Shown one piece after another: positions 8,273 to 18,147 of a stretch of 63,347 bases of DNA (position 1 is its first letter; every line of letters begins with the position of its first letter). The stretch spans positions 1 to 63,347 of the forward strand of contig JAFMKE010000001.1 of NCBI GenBank assembly GCA_017853115.1, written 5' to 3'. The position numbers and the translations under genes were made by a program. The notes beneath the pieces were generated by a model, which made no database searches, was not told the DNA's origin, and saw only the letters and a list, made by a program, of their open reading frames with translations. Source of the stretch: Verrucomicrobiota bacterium (lineage in GTDB: Bacteria > Bacteroidota > Bacteroidia > Chitinophagales > UBA8649).

Positions 8273-8824
8273 ATGAAAAAGTTCTTATCAATTTTAATGA
8301 TTGCTTTCATCGCATCATTTACAGTTACTTCATGCGGAAGTAGCGAAGGAGGAGATGTAGCTGAAACTCCAGTTTACAACTCTGAATATTTTGCAGATGT
8401 AGTTTCTAGTACCGAAGGAGACTTCATCGGATTAAACCTAGGCGATTCAAGAGAAACAGTAAAAGGTAAATTACCTGAAGAAGCTTTTGATGATGAGACT
8501 GATAGCTACTTGTATTACTATTGGGAGTTTGGTGAACACCAATATTACTTAGACTTATACTTCGATGAAATGGGTAACTTAAACTCTATCGATGGGTACT
8601 TATATTTCTATGATGCAGATTACAATTACGATGAAGCGGCTGCAAAGGCTTTTTACACAGATATGAAAGATTTGTTTGTATCTAAATATGGCTCTGAAGA
8701 AGAATATGCTGATGAGGACTTTACATACATCTCTTGGTACCTAGATGACATGGACGCTGAAGTTGGATTAGACGGTGGTGAGGTGTACTGGTACATCTAC
8801 CACTATGAAGAATACGACATGTAA
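8273..8824 (+). CDS. hypothetical lipoprotein, very acidic and Tyr-rich
   Basis: Lipobox 'FTVTSCGS'. The mature part is dominated by D, E and Y (24 Tyr in 183 aa by my count). Confidence 0.7.
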   Translation: MKKFLSILMIAFIASFTVTSCGSSEGGDVAETPVYNSEYFADVVSSTEGDFIGLNLGDSRETVKGKLPEEAFDDETDSYLYYYWEFGEHQYYLDLYFDEMGNLNSIDGYLYFYDADYNYDEAAAKAFYTDMKDLFVSKYGSEEEYADEDFTYISWYLDDMDAEVGLDGGEVYWYIYHYEEYDM

Positions 8825-8848
8825 TACATGGCAATCAAACATAGAAAA

Positions 8849-8874
8849 ACCTCTACATAAATAGGGGTTTTTTT
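8849..8874 (+). terminator. rho-independent terminator
   Basis: ACCTCTA cataaa TAGGGGT is followed by a T7 tract. Confidence 0.6.
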
Positions 8875-8910
8875 ATGTTCAAAAATTCTCAGTGTCATGC
8901 AAGATTACTT

Positions 8911-8918
8911 TACCTTTG
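8911..8918 (+). promoter_or_regulatory. -7 promoter box TACCTTTG
   Basis: Ends 7 nt upstream of the ATG at 8926. Confidence 0.45.
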
Positions 8919-8925
8919 AAATGTT

Positions 8926-9381
8926 ATGAGATTAATAGGGCTAATTTTAATTCTTTCTTTAAATGCTTGTGCAGGTACTAAAAAAGCTTCAAATGTTTTT
9001 GAGCCAGAGGCAACAGATAGGCTGATTCTTCAACGAACAGGATGTTATGGCACTTGCCCTATATATGAAGTCGTAATTTTTGGAAATGGCATTATGACAT
9101 ATTCAGGAAAGCAATACGCTGACAGAACGGGAAAATTCATTAGCCAATTGGATAGTGAAATCACCTTTGCCGTATTTAACAAAGCGGCTAAATTGAGTTG
9201 GGGAGAGTATCCAAATGAGTTTCCTATCGACAACGTAGATTTCCCTCAGTTCTTTATTGGGATGCAAACTGAAAAAATCGATCGAATGATAAAGGCAAAC
9301 AGTCAAGCTGATCCTGAGCTTATTCAACTTGGCTTGGAAATCGATAAATTATGTGATGGGATAAGTTGGCAAGAACAATAA
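8926..9381 (+). CDS. DUF6438-like lipoprotein
   Basis: Lipobox 'LSLNACAG' and the 'RTGCYGTCPIYEV..F.NG...Y.G' motif that I associate with DUF6438. Confidence 0.65.
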   Translation: MRLIGLILILSLNACAGTKKASNVFEPEATDRLILQRTGCYGTCPIYEVVIFGNGIMTYSGKQYADRTGKFISQLDSEITFAVFNKAAKLSWGEYPNEFPIDNVDFPQFFIGMQTEKIDRMIKANSQADPELIQLGLEIDKLCDGISWQEQ

Positions 9382-11328
9382 CTACCTTGGCGTAATTACC
9401 GTATTCTTCTCCTTGGCAATCGCTGCTTTTTCTGTATCCACTTTTTTCTTCATCATTAAAAGCTTAGTCATATCATCTTCCGGAGAAGCTTGCTTTAATC
9501 GCTTGAGCACCTCAATCTCTAAAAGTTTGATTCGCCAATAGCGCAACCAAAAAAATTCAGTATCAATATCGTCTTTAAAAATTTGCTCTTTCGTATTGGT
9601 GTGCATTTTTTTCTTCGCCCAGCCATCAGAAAGTGCTGTGTCGTATTTGTTGTAATTGCCCAACAGCAGCGTGATGGCCAAATTGCTTAACTCTTCATCC
9701 GTATGGTTGATAAAGAAATTGCTAAAGCTTTCCTCATTGGTTTTGTCGTCAATTTTCCTAGCCAGCTCGACTATTCGCAGATGCAGGTCATTTTCAATGG
9801 GCACTTCATTTAATCTATCCAAAATATATTCGGCCGTGAGCAAATCCTCTTTGTATGGTTTTCCGCCATACTCGAGAAGTGTGCGAATAACATCTCGTTC
9901 GAATTTCTCAATATGTATACCTGCTTCAATGTAATCTTGGTTGTGTTGAATCAAGTCGTCAATCATTGATTGCTCTTTGACTTGTCTTTCTTCTTGAATG
10001 CGTTCTTCTTTCCGCTGTTTGCTGAGAATGTCCTTACGCTTTTTATTCGATTCGTTTAAAAGAACTTGCTCTTCTACTCCAAGAAGATTGGCACTCTCTT
10101 TTAAATAGATCGAACGTTTAATTGCATCCGGAATTTTCGAGATACTTTCAAGTATATCGGTGACCAAAGCGGCCTTTTTAACCGGGTCATTTTTCGCATC
10201 TTCGAGTAAAAGTTGAAGCTTGAAAAGAATAAAGTCTTGCTTATTTGCACTAACGAATTTATCGAAGCCATCCAGACCTTGTTCCCGAACAAAGGAGTCC
10301 GGGTCATGATTTTCAGGTAGAAGCACCACTTTAACGTTTAGGCCATTTTCTAAGATAATATCTATACCGCGCAATGCTGCTTTAATTCCCGCCGCATCGC
10401 CATCGTAAAGCACGGTTATGTTCTCCGAGTAACGTTTAATTAGCCTCACTTGATCAGTGGTTAGTGAGGTGCCACTGGACGAAACTACATGTTCGATGCC
10501 TGCTTGATGAAGGGATATTACATCAGTATATCCCTCAACCATATAACATTCATCCATTTTTCGAATGGCATTTTTCGCATAAAAAATACCATAAAGCACT
10601 TTACTCTTGTCGTAAATATCTGAGTCGGGTGTATTAATATATTTTGGTGCCTTGACATTATTCTTTAAAATTCTTCCACCAAAACCCAACACTTTTCCTG
10701 ATATGCCATGGATGGGAAACATCACTCGTTCACGAAAGAAATCCAGCTTGGTATTTTCCTTCTTCGAACTTAATCCAGCACTCTGCAGCATTTCCAGTTG
10801 ATGGCCTTTTGCCAAAGCGGCGTCAGTAAGTGCGCTGTACGAGTCTAAAGCAAAACCGAGCTGAAATTTTTTAATGATGGTATCTGAAAATCCTCTTTCC
10901 TTGAAATAACTCAGCGCAATGGCTTTACCCTCCTCCGTCTCAAACATGTTTTGAACAAAAAAATCTTTTGCAAACTCATTAACGATGTACAATCCCTCTC
11001 GTTTGGATTGCTGCTCAATGAATTCAGGACTTTGGATAGTTTCTTCAATGGGTATGTTGTATTTCTGAGCCAAGTACTTTAGTGCCTCTACATAACTAAA
11101 ATGCTCGTGCTCCATAACAAACTTGACACTATCGCCAGCCTTGCCGCATCCGAAACACTTATAGATTTGCTTGGCTGGGGAAATTACAAATGAAGGTGTT
11201 TTTTCATGGTGAAAGGGGCAATTAGCTTTGTAGTTGCTTCCTGCCTTTCGCAAATTGATGAAGTCGCTAAGCACATCAATAATGTCTGCTTCGTCATTAA
11301 TTTTGGCTATGGTTTCTTTGCTTATCAT
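9382..11328 (-). CDS. dnaG: DNA primase
   Basis: Zinc ribbon 'CPFHHEKTPSF...CFGCGKAGD' and TOPRIM region 'MVEGYTDV...VLYDGDAAG'. Confidence 0.95.
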   Translation of the reverse strand: MISKETIAKINDEADIIDVLSDFINLRKAGSNYKANCPFHHEKTPSFVISPAKQIYKCFGCGKAGDSVKFVMEHEHFSYVEALKYLAQKYNIPIEETIQSPEFIEQQSKREGLYIVNEFAKDFFVQNMFETEEGKAIALSYFKERGFSDTIIKKFQLGFALDSYSALTDAALAKGHQLEMLQSAGLSSKKENTKLDFFRERVMFPIHGISGKVLGFGGRILKNNVKAPKYINTPDSDIYDKSKVLYGIFYAKNAIRKMDECYMVEGYTDVISLHQAGIEHVVSSSGTSLTTDQVRLIKRYSENITVLYDGDAAGIKAALRGIDIILENGLNVKVVLLPENHDPDSFVREQGLDGFDKFVSANKQDFILFKLQLLLEDAKNDPVKKAALVTDILESISKIPDAIKRSIYLKESANLLGVEEQVLLNESNKKRKDILSKQRKEERIQEERQVKEQSMIDDLIQHNQDYIEAGIHIEKFERDVIRTLLEYGGKPYKEDLLTAEYILDRLNEVPIENDLHLRIVELARKIDDKTNEESFSNFFINHTDEELSNLAITLLLGNYNKYDTALSDGWAKKKMHTNTKEQIFKDDIDTEFFWLRYWRIKLLEIEVLKRLKQASPEDDMTKLLMMKKKVDTEKAAIAKEKNTVITPR

Positions 11329-11357
11329 TTGAAAACTAAAAATACAGAATTTGAAGC

Positions 11358-13601
11358 TTATTTTACGAATGCAATCTTCGTAACAACTTTTTCTGTCGCA
11401 TCACGATTGGCACTGAACACATAATACACTCCAGTATTGGCCCGACGACCCGTGTAGTCGTTGCCATCCCAAATGTATTTTCCACCTAGTGCTGTACCTT
11501 CGTCTATTAATACGCCATGCGTGTCAGTGATTTTAACATATGCATTTTCCACTAATCCCGTAATGGAAATAAAGCCCGTGTAATCTGGTCGAACAGGGTT
11601 TGGATACGCTATAATGTTATCAAAGTTTTCTGATCCTTCCGTGGCATCACTAAAATAAGAGATCATTCCTTGGTCCGTTAGGATGAATACCTCACCACTC
11701 GATTTATTGACTTTTATATCATAAATAATATTGCTCGGCAGTGGACTATTGTCTGTATTGAATCGTTGAATTTCCTCTTTTCCATCTTCACTTAATAACC
11801 ACACACCCGCACTTGTACCTATCCATTTTCGATTAGCACCATCTACTTCAATAACAGCAACTGCATCCGTTTCAAAAAGGTATTCTGTAAACTGATCAAG
11901 GGTGTTGGTTATGCGGTCTGAGACACGACAAGGCGAAGAGGGATCTAATATGTCTTCGGGACAGGTGAATAAGGCAATGCCTTCGTCTGTGCCTATCCAA
12001 ATCTGACCATTTTTGTCTTCTGCAATAGTATTGACATTATTGTTTGGAAGGTTTCCTTGCCCACTGTTTGTGCTCAGATTAACTTGCTGAGAGCCGCTTG
12101 CACTCATATTTTCACCTTCCTTGTATACCGTAAGCCCTTGATTACGGAGAGCTATCCATTTTTGATCGTAGCTATCAATAAACAGGTTGTTGAATTTTGA
12201 GTTATCATTCCCCAAGAAGAATTCGAACCAATTGTTATCCAGATCTTTCGCGAGCAGAGCAGAAGTAGTTTGCGGATTGAGCACCCATAATGTGCCTTCA
12301 CTGTCGACGTCAACTCCTGAAGTTATTTGAAAAAAGTCATTACCAATGGCAGAATCGATAGGGCTGTTTAAAGCATTGAAAATTTCCACCGTATTAAAAT
12401 CGTAGGAAAGTATACCCTTAAACATTCCAATATATACTTTGCCGTCGAAGGGGTTATAGCACAAGCGATTCAGGTCTTGACTGGGTTGATCCTGACCAAT
12501 ACTGGAGTAGATGTTTTGGTTAAACCAAGTGTTATCTTCAAAGACATAAAAACCTCCTTCTACATTACCATTTCCATCCAGATTACGATTAAATCCTCCT
12601 GAAGTAATAATCATTTTATCATCTACCGATAAAGCCTTAAACCCATCGTTTGTGAAAGGGCTTGTTGATGGGCCGATGTATTCACGCTCTTGAAACAACC
12701 CGAACTTTACATCGCCGAAATAATTGGTGTTTTGGTAGCGTATGGCGAAGCTAGGGTCAATTAAAAAGCTTATGTCTAAAGAATCTACACTATCATTTTG
12801 ATAGGTCCAAGCACTTAAATCATCACTAGTGTAATTGAGTGTTTCGCTTGCAATAAGCTTTGAAAAATTTCTACCCGCGGCAGGCTCAATTAAGTTCCAG
12901 TTTTGTCCCTCACGTTTGTAAAGTCCATTGGCCAAAGCAAACAAGGTGTCGTTATAACTTTCAATCGATGAAATCAATCCCAAGTTCGAGAAATTGTGGT
13001 CCCAAGATGAAAAGTCGAGTAGGTTTTGACCTTCTAAGGGTGCGCGCTTAAGACCTTCTGCGGTCAATGCGTATAAGGTGTCCTGGCTGATTGTGCAATC
13101 AAACACGGTGGTTTGATTACCCGTAGCTCCGATCACATAGGTATTATCGACTTCTTCATTGGCTAAATCAAGAACCACTACTCCGAAATCGGTGCTTAAG
13201 TAAGCAAATCCATCAAAAGAAAAAATAGCATTAATTGTTTTTGATCCTGCGGTTAATTTATTCTTGATGTCTGGCAGGTTGATTATCGTATTCCCCTTAA
13301 TCAGGTCTATATTGCTGCTCGTGTATGCGACAATAAAAGTGTTTGTCGTTTCGTCATAAGATACTGCACTAACCCCGAAGTCGCTTAGGCCTTTCGCCTT
13401 ATCGAGGGTTTGAATACTTCCGTCTTCTCGATCGAAAAACAAAACAGATTTTTCGTTAGCGGCCAAAATTTTATTATCGCCGAAGGCAACATGTTGAGCA
13501 TTTCGATAGTTGATATGCAAACGCCATTCTCCAATACTTTGGGCGCTGAGCGCGGGGAGGGTGAAAATCAATACAGCAAATACAAATAGCGATCTTTTCA
13601 T
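11358..13601 (-). CDS. T9SS-sorted double beta-propeller protein (PorZ-like)
   Basis: Signal peptide, long regulator-propeller-like repeats ('NQIWIGTDEGI', 'RKWIGTSAGVW'), and a C-terminal T9SS sorting domain ('AYPNPVRPD...GVYYVFSA...KIAFVK'). The PorZ assignment itself is tentative. Confidence 0.6.
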   Translation of the reverse strand: MKRSLFVFAVLIFTLPALSAQSIGEWRLHINYRNAQHVAFGDNKILAANEKSVLFFDREDGSIQTLDKAKGLSDFGVSAVSYDETTNTFIVAYTSSNIDLIKGNTIINLPDIKNKLTAGSKTINAIFSFDGFAYLSTDFGVVVLDLANEEVDNTYVIGATGNQTTVFDCTISQDTLYALTAEGLKRAPLEGQNLLDFSSWDHNFSNLGLISSIESYNDTLFALANGLYKREGQNWNLIEPAAGRNFSKLIASETLNYTSDDLSAWTYQNDSVDSLDISFLIDPSFAIRYQNTNYFGDVKFGLFQEREYIGPSTSPFTNDGFKALSVDDKMIITSGGFNRNLDGNGNVEGGFYVFEDNTWFNQNIYSSIGQDQPSQDLNRLCYNPFDGKVYIGMFKGILSYDFNTVEIFNALNSPIDSAIGNDFFQITSGVDVDSEGTLWVLNPQTTSALLAKDLDNNWFEFFLGNDNSKFNNLFIDSYDQKWIALRNQGLTVYKEGENMSASGSQQVNLSTNSGQGNLPNNNVNTIAEDKNGQIWIGTDEGIALFTCPEDILDPSSPCRVSDRITNTLDQFTEYLFETDAVAVIEVDGANRKWIGTSAGVWLLSEDGKEEIQRFNTDNSPLPSNIIYDIKVNKSSGEVFILTDQGMISYFSDATEGSENFDNIIAYPNPVRPDYTGFISITGLVENAYVKITDTHGVLIDEGTALGGKYIWDGNDYTGRRANTGVYYVFSANRDATEKVVTKIAFVK

Positions 13602-13680
13602 TTAGCACAAATGTAAACACAAATTCATCTTTTAAACGCAATTGAAAGCCCTATATTTCATATAGTAGAGCGAATCTTCT

Positions 13681-13688
13681 TACTTTTG
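13681..13688 (+). promoter_or_regulatory. -7 promoter box TACTTTTG
   Basis: Ends 28 nt upstream of the ileS ATG. Confidence 0.45.
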
Positions 13689-13716
13689 CCGAACGAAAAG
13701 AAAACAGCCAATTCAC

Positions 13717-16700
13717 ATGAAGCAAAAAAATGCGGACAGTAAAAAACTCTATCCTGAATTCGATGGTCTAAATCTTCCTCAAGTGGATGAGAAAATAATG
13801 GATTTTTGGACTAAAAATGCTACGTTCATACAATCCATAGAAACCAAGGATAGTAAAAAACCTTTTGTGTTTTATGAAGGTCCCCCTTCAGCAAATGGTA
13901 TGCCCGGCATTCATCATGTGATAGGTCGAACGGTTAAAGATATTTTTTGTCGATATAAATCCATGCAAGGATTTCAAGTAAAACGCAAGGGTGGATGGGA
14001 TACCCATGGTTTGCCTGTTGAACTAAAAGTCGAAAAAGAGCTTGGAATCACCAAAGAAGATATTGGCGAAAAAATTTCTATTGAAGAGTATAACAAACAG
14101 TGCCGTAAAACGGTATTGGAATTTAAAAATGTATGGGACGACCTCACGAAAAAGATGGGGTATTGGGTGGATCTAGATAATCCTTACGTCACTTTTGATA
14201 ACGATTATATAGAATCAGTTTGGTGGGCTTTAAGCGAACTGTACAACAAAAACTTGTTGTATAAAGGCTACACTATTCAACCGTTTTCTCCTGCTGCAGG
14301 GACAGGGTTAAGCACCCACGAGCTTAATCAACCGGGAGCTTACCGTGATGTTACGGATACCAGTGCGGTCGCGCAGTTTAAAGTTTTAGTGAACGAAGAT
14401 GCCAAAAAAGTTTTTGGTGATCTTGTGGATAATACTTTTTTCCTTGCATGGACCACCACACCCTGGACATTACCATCGAACACTGCATTAGCTGTGGGTA
14501 AGAAGATTGAATATGTATTGGTTAAAACCTTCAATCCCTATACTTTTTTGCCTGTAAACGTGGTAGTAGCGAAAGCCTTGCTCTCAAAATGGTTTAAAGA
14601 TGAAAATAAAGATGGTGATTTTGATGCCTTTGAAGCGGGGAGCAAAAACATTCCTTGGTCAATTATGGCAGGTTTTAAAGGGGCGGATTTGGAAGGCCTG
14701 CGATATGAGCAGTTATTAGATTACCAACAACCCGATAACGGTGACGCATTTCGTGTTATTCCAGGTGATTTTGTGAGTACCGAGGATGGTACGGGTATCG
14801 TGCATATTGCGCCAAGTTTTGGTGCTGATGATATGCAAGTGGCCAAGGCTGCAGGTATCGGTTCCCTCACTTTAGTTGACAAACAAGGGAAGTTCATTGA
14901 TGGGGTAGGCGAGTTCTCGGGTCGTTATGTTAAGGACTACAAAGAAGAGGAAAACTATCGTTCTGTCGATATCGATATTTCGATCAAACTGAAAGAAGCC
15001 AATAAAGCTTTTAACGTACAAAAGTATGTGCACAATTACCCGCATTGCTGGCGAACCGATAAGCCTATCTTATATTATCCATTAGATAGCTGGTTTATCC
15101 GAACGACAGAGGTGAAAGAGCAATTGATTGCTAACAACAATCAGATAAACTGGAAACCTGAAAGCACCGGGAAAGGGAGATTTGGTAACTGGCTGGAAAA
15201 TCTACAAGACTGGAATTTGTCGCGTTCTCGGTTTTGGGGTATTCCTCTGCCAATCTGGCGAACAGAAGATGGTGAAGAAAGTATTTGCATCGGTTCTGTT
15301 GCGCAATTGAAAGAAGAAATGCAAAAAGCCAATCAACAATTAGGCATACAAAATGAGGATATAAGTGATTTACATAAACCCTATATTGACCGAGTTACTT
15401 TAGTTTCACCCGCTGGTAAGCCGATGAAAAGAGAAGCAGATGTTATCGATGTGTGGTTTGATTCAGGGAGTATGCCTTTTGCTCAACAGCATTTCCCATT
15501 CGAAAATAAGGAAGAGTTTGAAGCAAATTTTCCAGCAGATTTTATTGCTGAGGGCGTTGATCAAACCAGAGGTTGGTTCTTTACCCTTCACGCTATCTCC
15601 ACTATGTTATTTGGTAAACCCGCATACAAGAATGTCATTGCCAACGGATTAGTGTTAGATGGGGAAGGGCAAAAAATGTCAAAGCGTTTGGGTAATGTCG
15701 TTGATCCGTTTGAAACGCTTTCAACTTACGGAGCTGATGCAACAAGGTGGTACATTATTTCGAATTCTCAGCCATGGGATAATTTAAAATTCAGTGTGCA
15801 AGGTATCGAGGAAGTGAGAAGGAAATTATTCGGCACTTTGTACAACACCTATTCCTTTTTTGCGCTTTACGCTAATATTGACGGCTTTGCCTATGAAGAG
15901 CAAGAAATCCCGGTGAAGAATCGTCAAGAAATAGATCAATGGATCTTGTCGGTATTGAATAGCTTGGTTAAAAACGTAGAAGAAGCCTTCGATAATTATG
16001 AACCCACCCAAGCTGCTCGTTTGATTCAAGAGTTTGTGGATGATAATTTGAGCAATTGGTATGTTCGATTAAATCGTCGTCGTTTTTGGAAGGGGGACTA
16101 TTCCCAAGACAAAGTAATGGCGTATCAAACCTTGTATACTTGTTTAGAAACTTTAAGTAAGCTTATGGCGCCAATTGCACCTTTTTACAGTGATTTTATG
16201 TTTGGTAATTTAAATCAGGTTAGTGGCAAAGAAGCATACGAGTCAGTGCACTTGGTTGATTTTCCTCAGGTAGCTGAAAATTTGATCGATGCGGATTTGG
16301 AAGAACGCATGGGGATGGCCCAAAATATCTCATCCATGGTGCTTTCTTTGCGTAAGAAAGAGAAAATTAAAGTGCGTCAACCGCTTGAGAAAATTATCAT
16401 TCCCGTAATCAAAGAAGGTTTGCAAGCTAAGATTGAGAAGGTAGAGGATTACATTCTCAATGAAATCAATGTGAAACAGATTGAATACCTAAGTGATACT
16501 TCGGGGATAATCTCCAAGACCATCAAACCTAATTTTAAAACTTTGGGTCCAAAGTTTGGTAAGCATATGAAAGCAATTAGTGCAGCGGTTTCAAGTTTTG
16601 GTGCAAATGAGATTGCAATTATCGAATCAGAAGGGGCCTATACCTTGGATATAGCAGGGGAAATTTTAAATCTTGAAGCGGAAGACTTTATTATTCAATC

Positions 16701-17034
16701 GGACGATATTGAAGGTTGGTTAGTTGCCAGTGATAAAGGGCTCACGGTTGCCCTGGATATTCAGTTAAGCGAAGAGTTGGAGGCAGAGGGAAATGCCAGA
16801 GAATTTGTCAATAAGGTACAGAATCTGCGAAAGGACAATGATTTTGAAGTAACAGATAAAATTTTGGTTAAATTGTTGATTAATGAGGAATTTAATCCTG
16901 CAATAGAGAAATTTAAAAATTATATTTGTACGGAAGTGTTAGCCACAGACATTGAGTTGGTGAAGGATCTAGAGGAGGCAACTCCCATTGAAGTAAACGA
17001 GATACAACTTAAGGTGGCGCTTTTAAAAGTTTAG
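13717..17034 (+). CDS. ileS: isoleucine--tRNA ligase (type 2, eukaryote-like)
   Basis: 1105 aa, with the HIGH motif as 'PGIHHVIGR' and KMSKS as 'KMSKRLGN'. The long C-terminal extension and lack of a C-terminal Zn-finger region are typical of type 2 IleRS. Confidence 0.95.
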   Translation: MKQKNADSKKLYPEFDGLNLPQVDEKIMDFWTKNATFIQSIETKDSKKPFVFYEGPPSANGMPGIHHVIGRTVKDIFCRYKSMQGFQVKRKGGWDTHGLPVELKVEKELGITKEDIGEKISIEEYNKQCRKTVLEFKNVWDDLTKKMGYWVDLDNPYVTFDNDYIESVWWALSELYNKNLLYKGYTIQPFSPAAGTGLSTHELNQPGAYRDVTDTSAVAQFKVLVNEDAKKVFGDLVDNTFFLAWTTTPWTLPSNTALAVGKKIEYVLVKTFNPYTFLPVNVVVAKALLSKWFKDENKDGDFDAFEAGSKNIPWSIMAGFKGADLEGLRYEQLLDYQQPDNGDAFRVIPGDFVSTEDGTGIVHIAPSFGADDMQVAKAAGIGSLTLVDKQGKFIDGVGEFSGRYVKDYKEEENYRSVDIDISIKLKEANKAFNVQKYVHNYPHCWRTDKPILYYPLDSWFIRTTEVKEQLIANNNQINWKPESTGKGRFGNWLENLQDWNLSRSRFWGIPLPIWRTEDGEESICIGSVAQLKEEMQKANQQLGIQNEDISDLHKPYIDRVTLVSPAGKPMKREADVIDVWFDSGSMPFAQQHFPFENKEEFEANFPADFIAEGVDQTRGWFFTLHAISTMLFGKPAYKNVIANGLVLDGEGQKMSKRLGNVVDPFETLSTYGADATRWYIISNSQPWDNLKFSVQGIEEVRRKLFGTLYNTYSFFALYANIDGFAYEEQEIPVKNRQEIDQWILSVLNSLVKNVEEAFDNYEPTQAARLIQEFVDDNLSNWYVRLNRRRFWKGDYSQDKVMAYQTLYTCLETLSKLMAPIAPFYSDFMFGNLNQVSGKEAYESVHLVDFPQVAENLIDADLEERMGMAQNISSMVLSLRKKEKIKVRQPLEKIIIPVIKEGLQAKIEKVEDYILNEINVKQIEYLSDTSGIISKTIKPNFKTLGPKFGKHMKAISAAVSSFGANEIAIIESEGAYTLDIAGEILNLEAEDFIIQSDDIEGWLVASDKGLTVALDIQLSEELEAEGNAREFVNKVQNLRKDNDFEVTDKILVKLLINEEFNPAIEKFKNYICTEVLATDIELVKDLEEATPIEVNEIQLKVALLKV

Positions 17035-17038
17035 TGTT

Positions 17039-17422
17039 ATGGCAGCAAATGAAAAAACAAAATATTCCGATTCGGAATTACAAGAGTTCAGGGAATTGAT
17101 CGAAGGCAAGCTTGAAGAAGCTCGAGCGGATTTGAAAGATTATCAAGACCAGATTTTAAAGAAAAACTCGGGATCTTCAGACACGGATTACAAATTCAAT
17201 GGTTTAGAAGATAGCTCCTTACTTGCTGAGCGAGAATATTTAAATCAGCAAGCCTCGCGTCAGGCAAAGTTTATCAGTCATCTAGAGAAAGCCTTAATCA
17301 GAATCGAGAATAAGACCTATGGTATTTGTCGTGAAACGGGAAAATTGATTGCCAAAGAACGCCTTAGAATTGTTCCGCACGCTACTTTAAGTATTGAAGC
17401 TAAAAAGTCCCAAAAAGGTTAG
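17039..17422 (+). CDS. DksA/TraR-family protein (single-Cys, probably zinc-independent)
   Basis: Coiled-coil N-terminus and 'TYGICRETGKLIAKERLRIVPHATL' in place of the C4 finger. It occupies the conserved position between ileS and lspA. Confidence 0.75.
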   Translation: MAANEKTKYSDSELQEFRELIEGKLEEARADLKDYQDQILKKNSGSSDTDYKFNGLEDSSLLAEREYLNQQASRQAKFISHLEKALIRIENKTYGICRETGKLIAKERLRIVPHATLSIEAKKSQKG

Positions 17423-17424
17423 TC

Positions 17425-18045
17425 TTGAATAGTCGAACTGCGCTGGTTGTAGCGATAACATGTATTACCTTGCTCTTAGACCAAGTTTCTAAAATACTGG
17501 TCAAAACTTCCATGGTTATTGGAGAAGAAATTAAGGTCTTCGGCTCATGGTTTAAGTTACACTTTGTCGAAAATAAAGGTATGGCCATGGGGATTTCCTG
17601 GGGAGGGGAAATAGGAAAATACAGCCTGACATTGTTCCGCATCATTGCCATTGGGATTATTATTTATTATATCTACACCTTGATTCGCGAGAAAGCCTCT
17701 AAGGGGCTGATAACCGTGATGGCATTGATCCTTGCTGGTGCCACAGGCAATGTAATCGATAGTTTGTTTTATGGTTTAATTTTTAGTGATAGTACGCATC
17801 ATGTGGCAAGTTTTGTCCCTTTCGGAACGGGATATAAAAGTTTCATGCAAGGCAGTGTGGTCGATATGCTTTCGTTTCAATTGTTTACCATACCTGAGTG
17901 GATTCCTTTATACGGAGGGCAAAAGTTTTTCCCTTTTATTTTCAATATAGCTGATGCGGCTATATCCATCGGTATTGTGCTAATTATTATTTTCCAAAAG
18001 CGGTTTTTTGAATCACAATTGACTGGAAATCGGACTGAAGACTAG
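17425..18045 (+). CDS. lspA: lipoprotein signal peptidase II
   Basis: 4-TM protein with 'FVENKGMAMGI', 'GNVIDS' and 'FNIADAAISIG' motifs. Confidence 0.9.
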   Translation: MNSRTALVVAITCITLLLDQVSKILVKTSMVIGEEIKVFGSWFKLHFVENKGMAMGISWGGEIGKYSLTLFRIIAIGIIIYYIYTLIREKASKGLITVMALILAGATGNVIDSLFYGLIFSDSTHHVASFVPFGTGYKSFMQGSVVDMLSFQLFTIPEWIPLYGGQKFFPFIFNIADAAISIGIVLIIIFQKRFFESQLTGNRTED

Positions 18046-18147
18046 TCGATAGTGCTTCCCATAAATTGGCTATGATTTTGTATATTTAGTCAGCAAGCCT
18101 TTTGGGCTGAAACTGCCTTTCTCAATTTTTTGCTTAAATATCTATTC

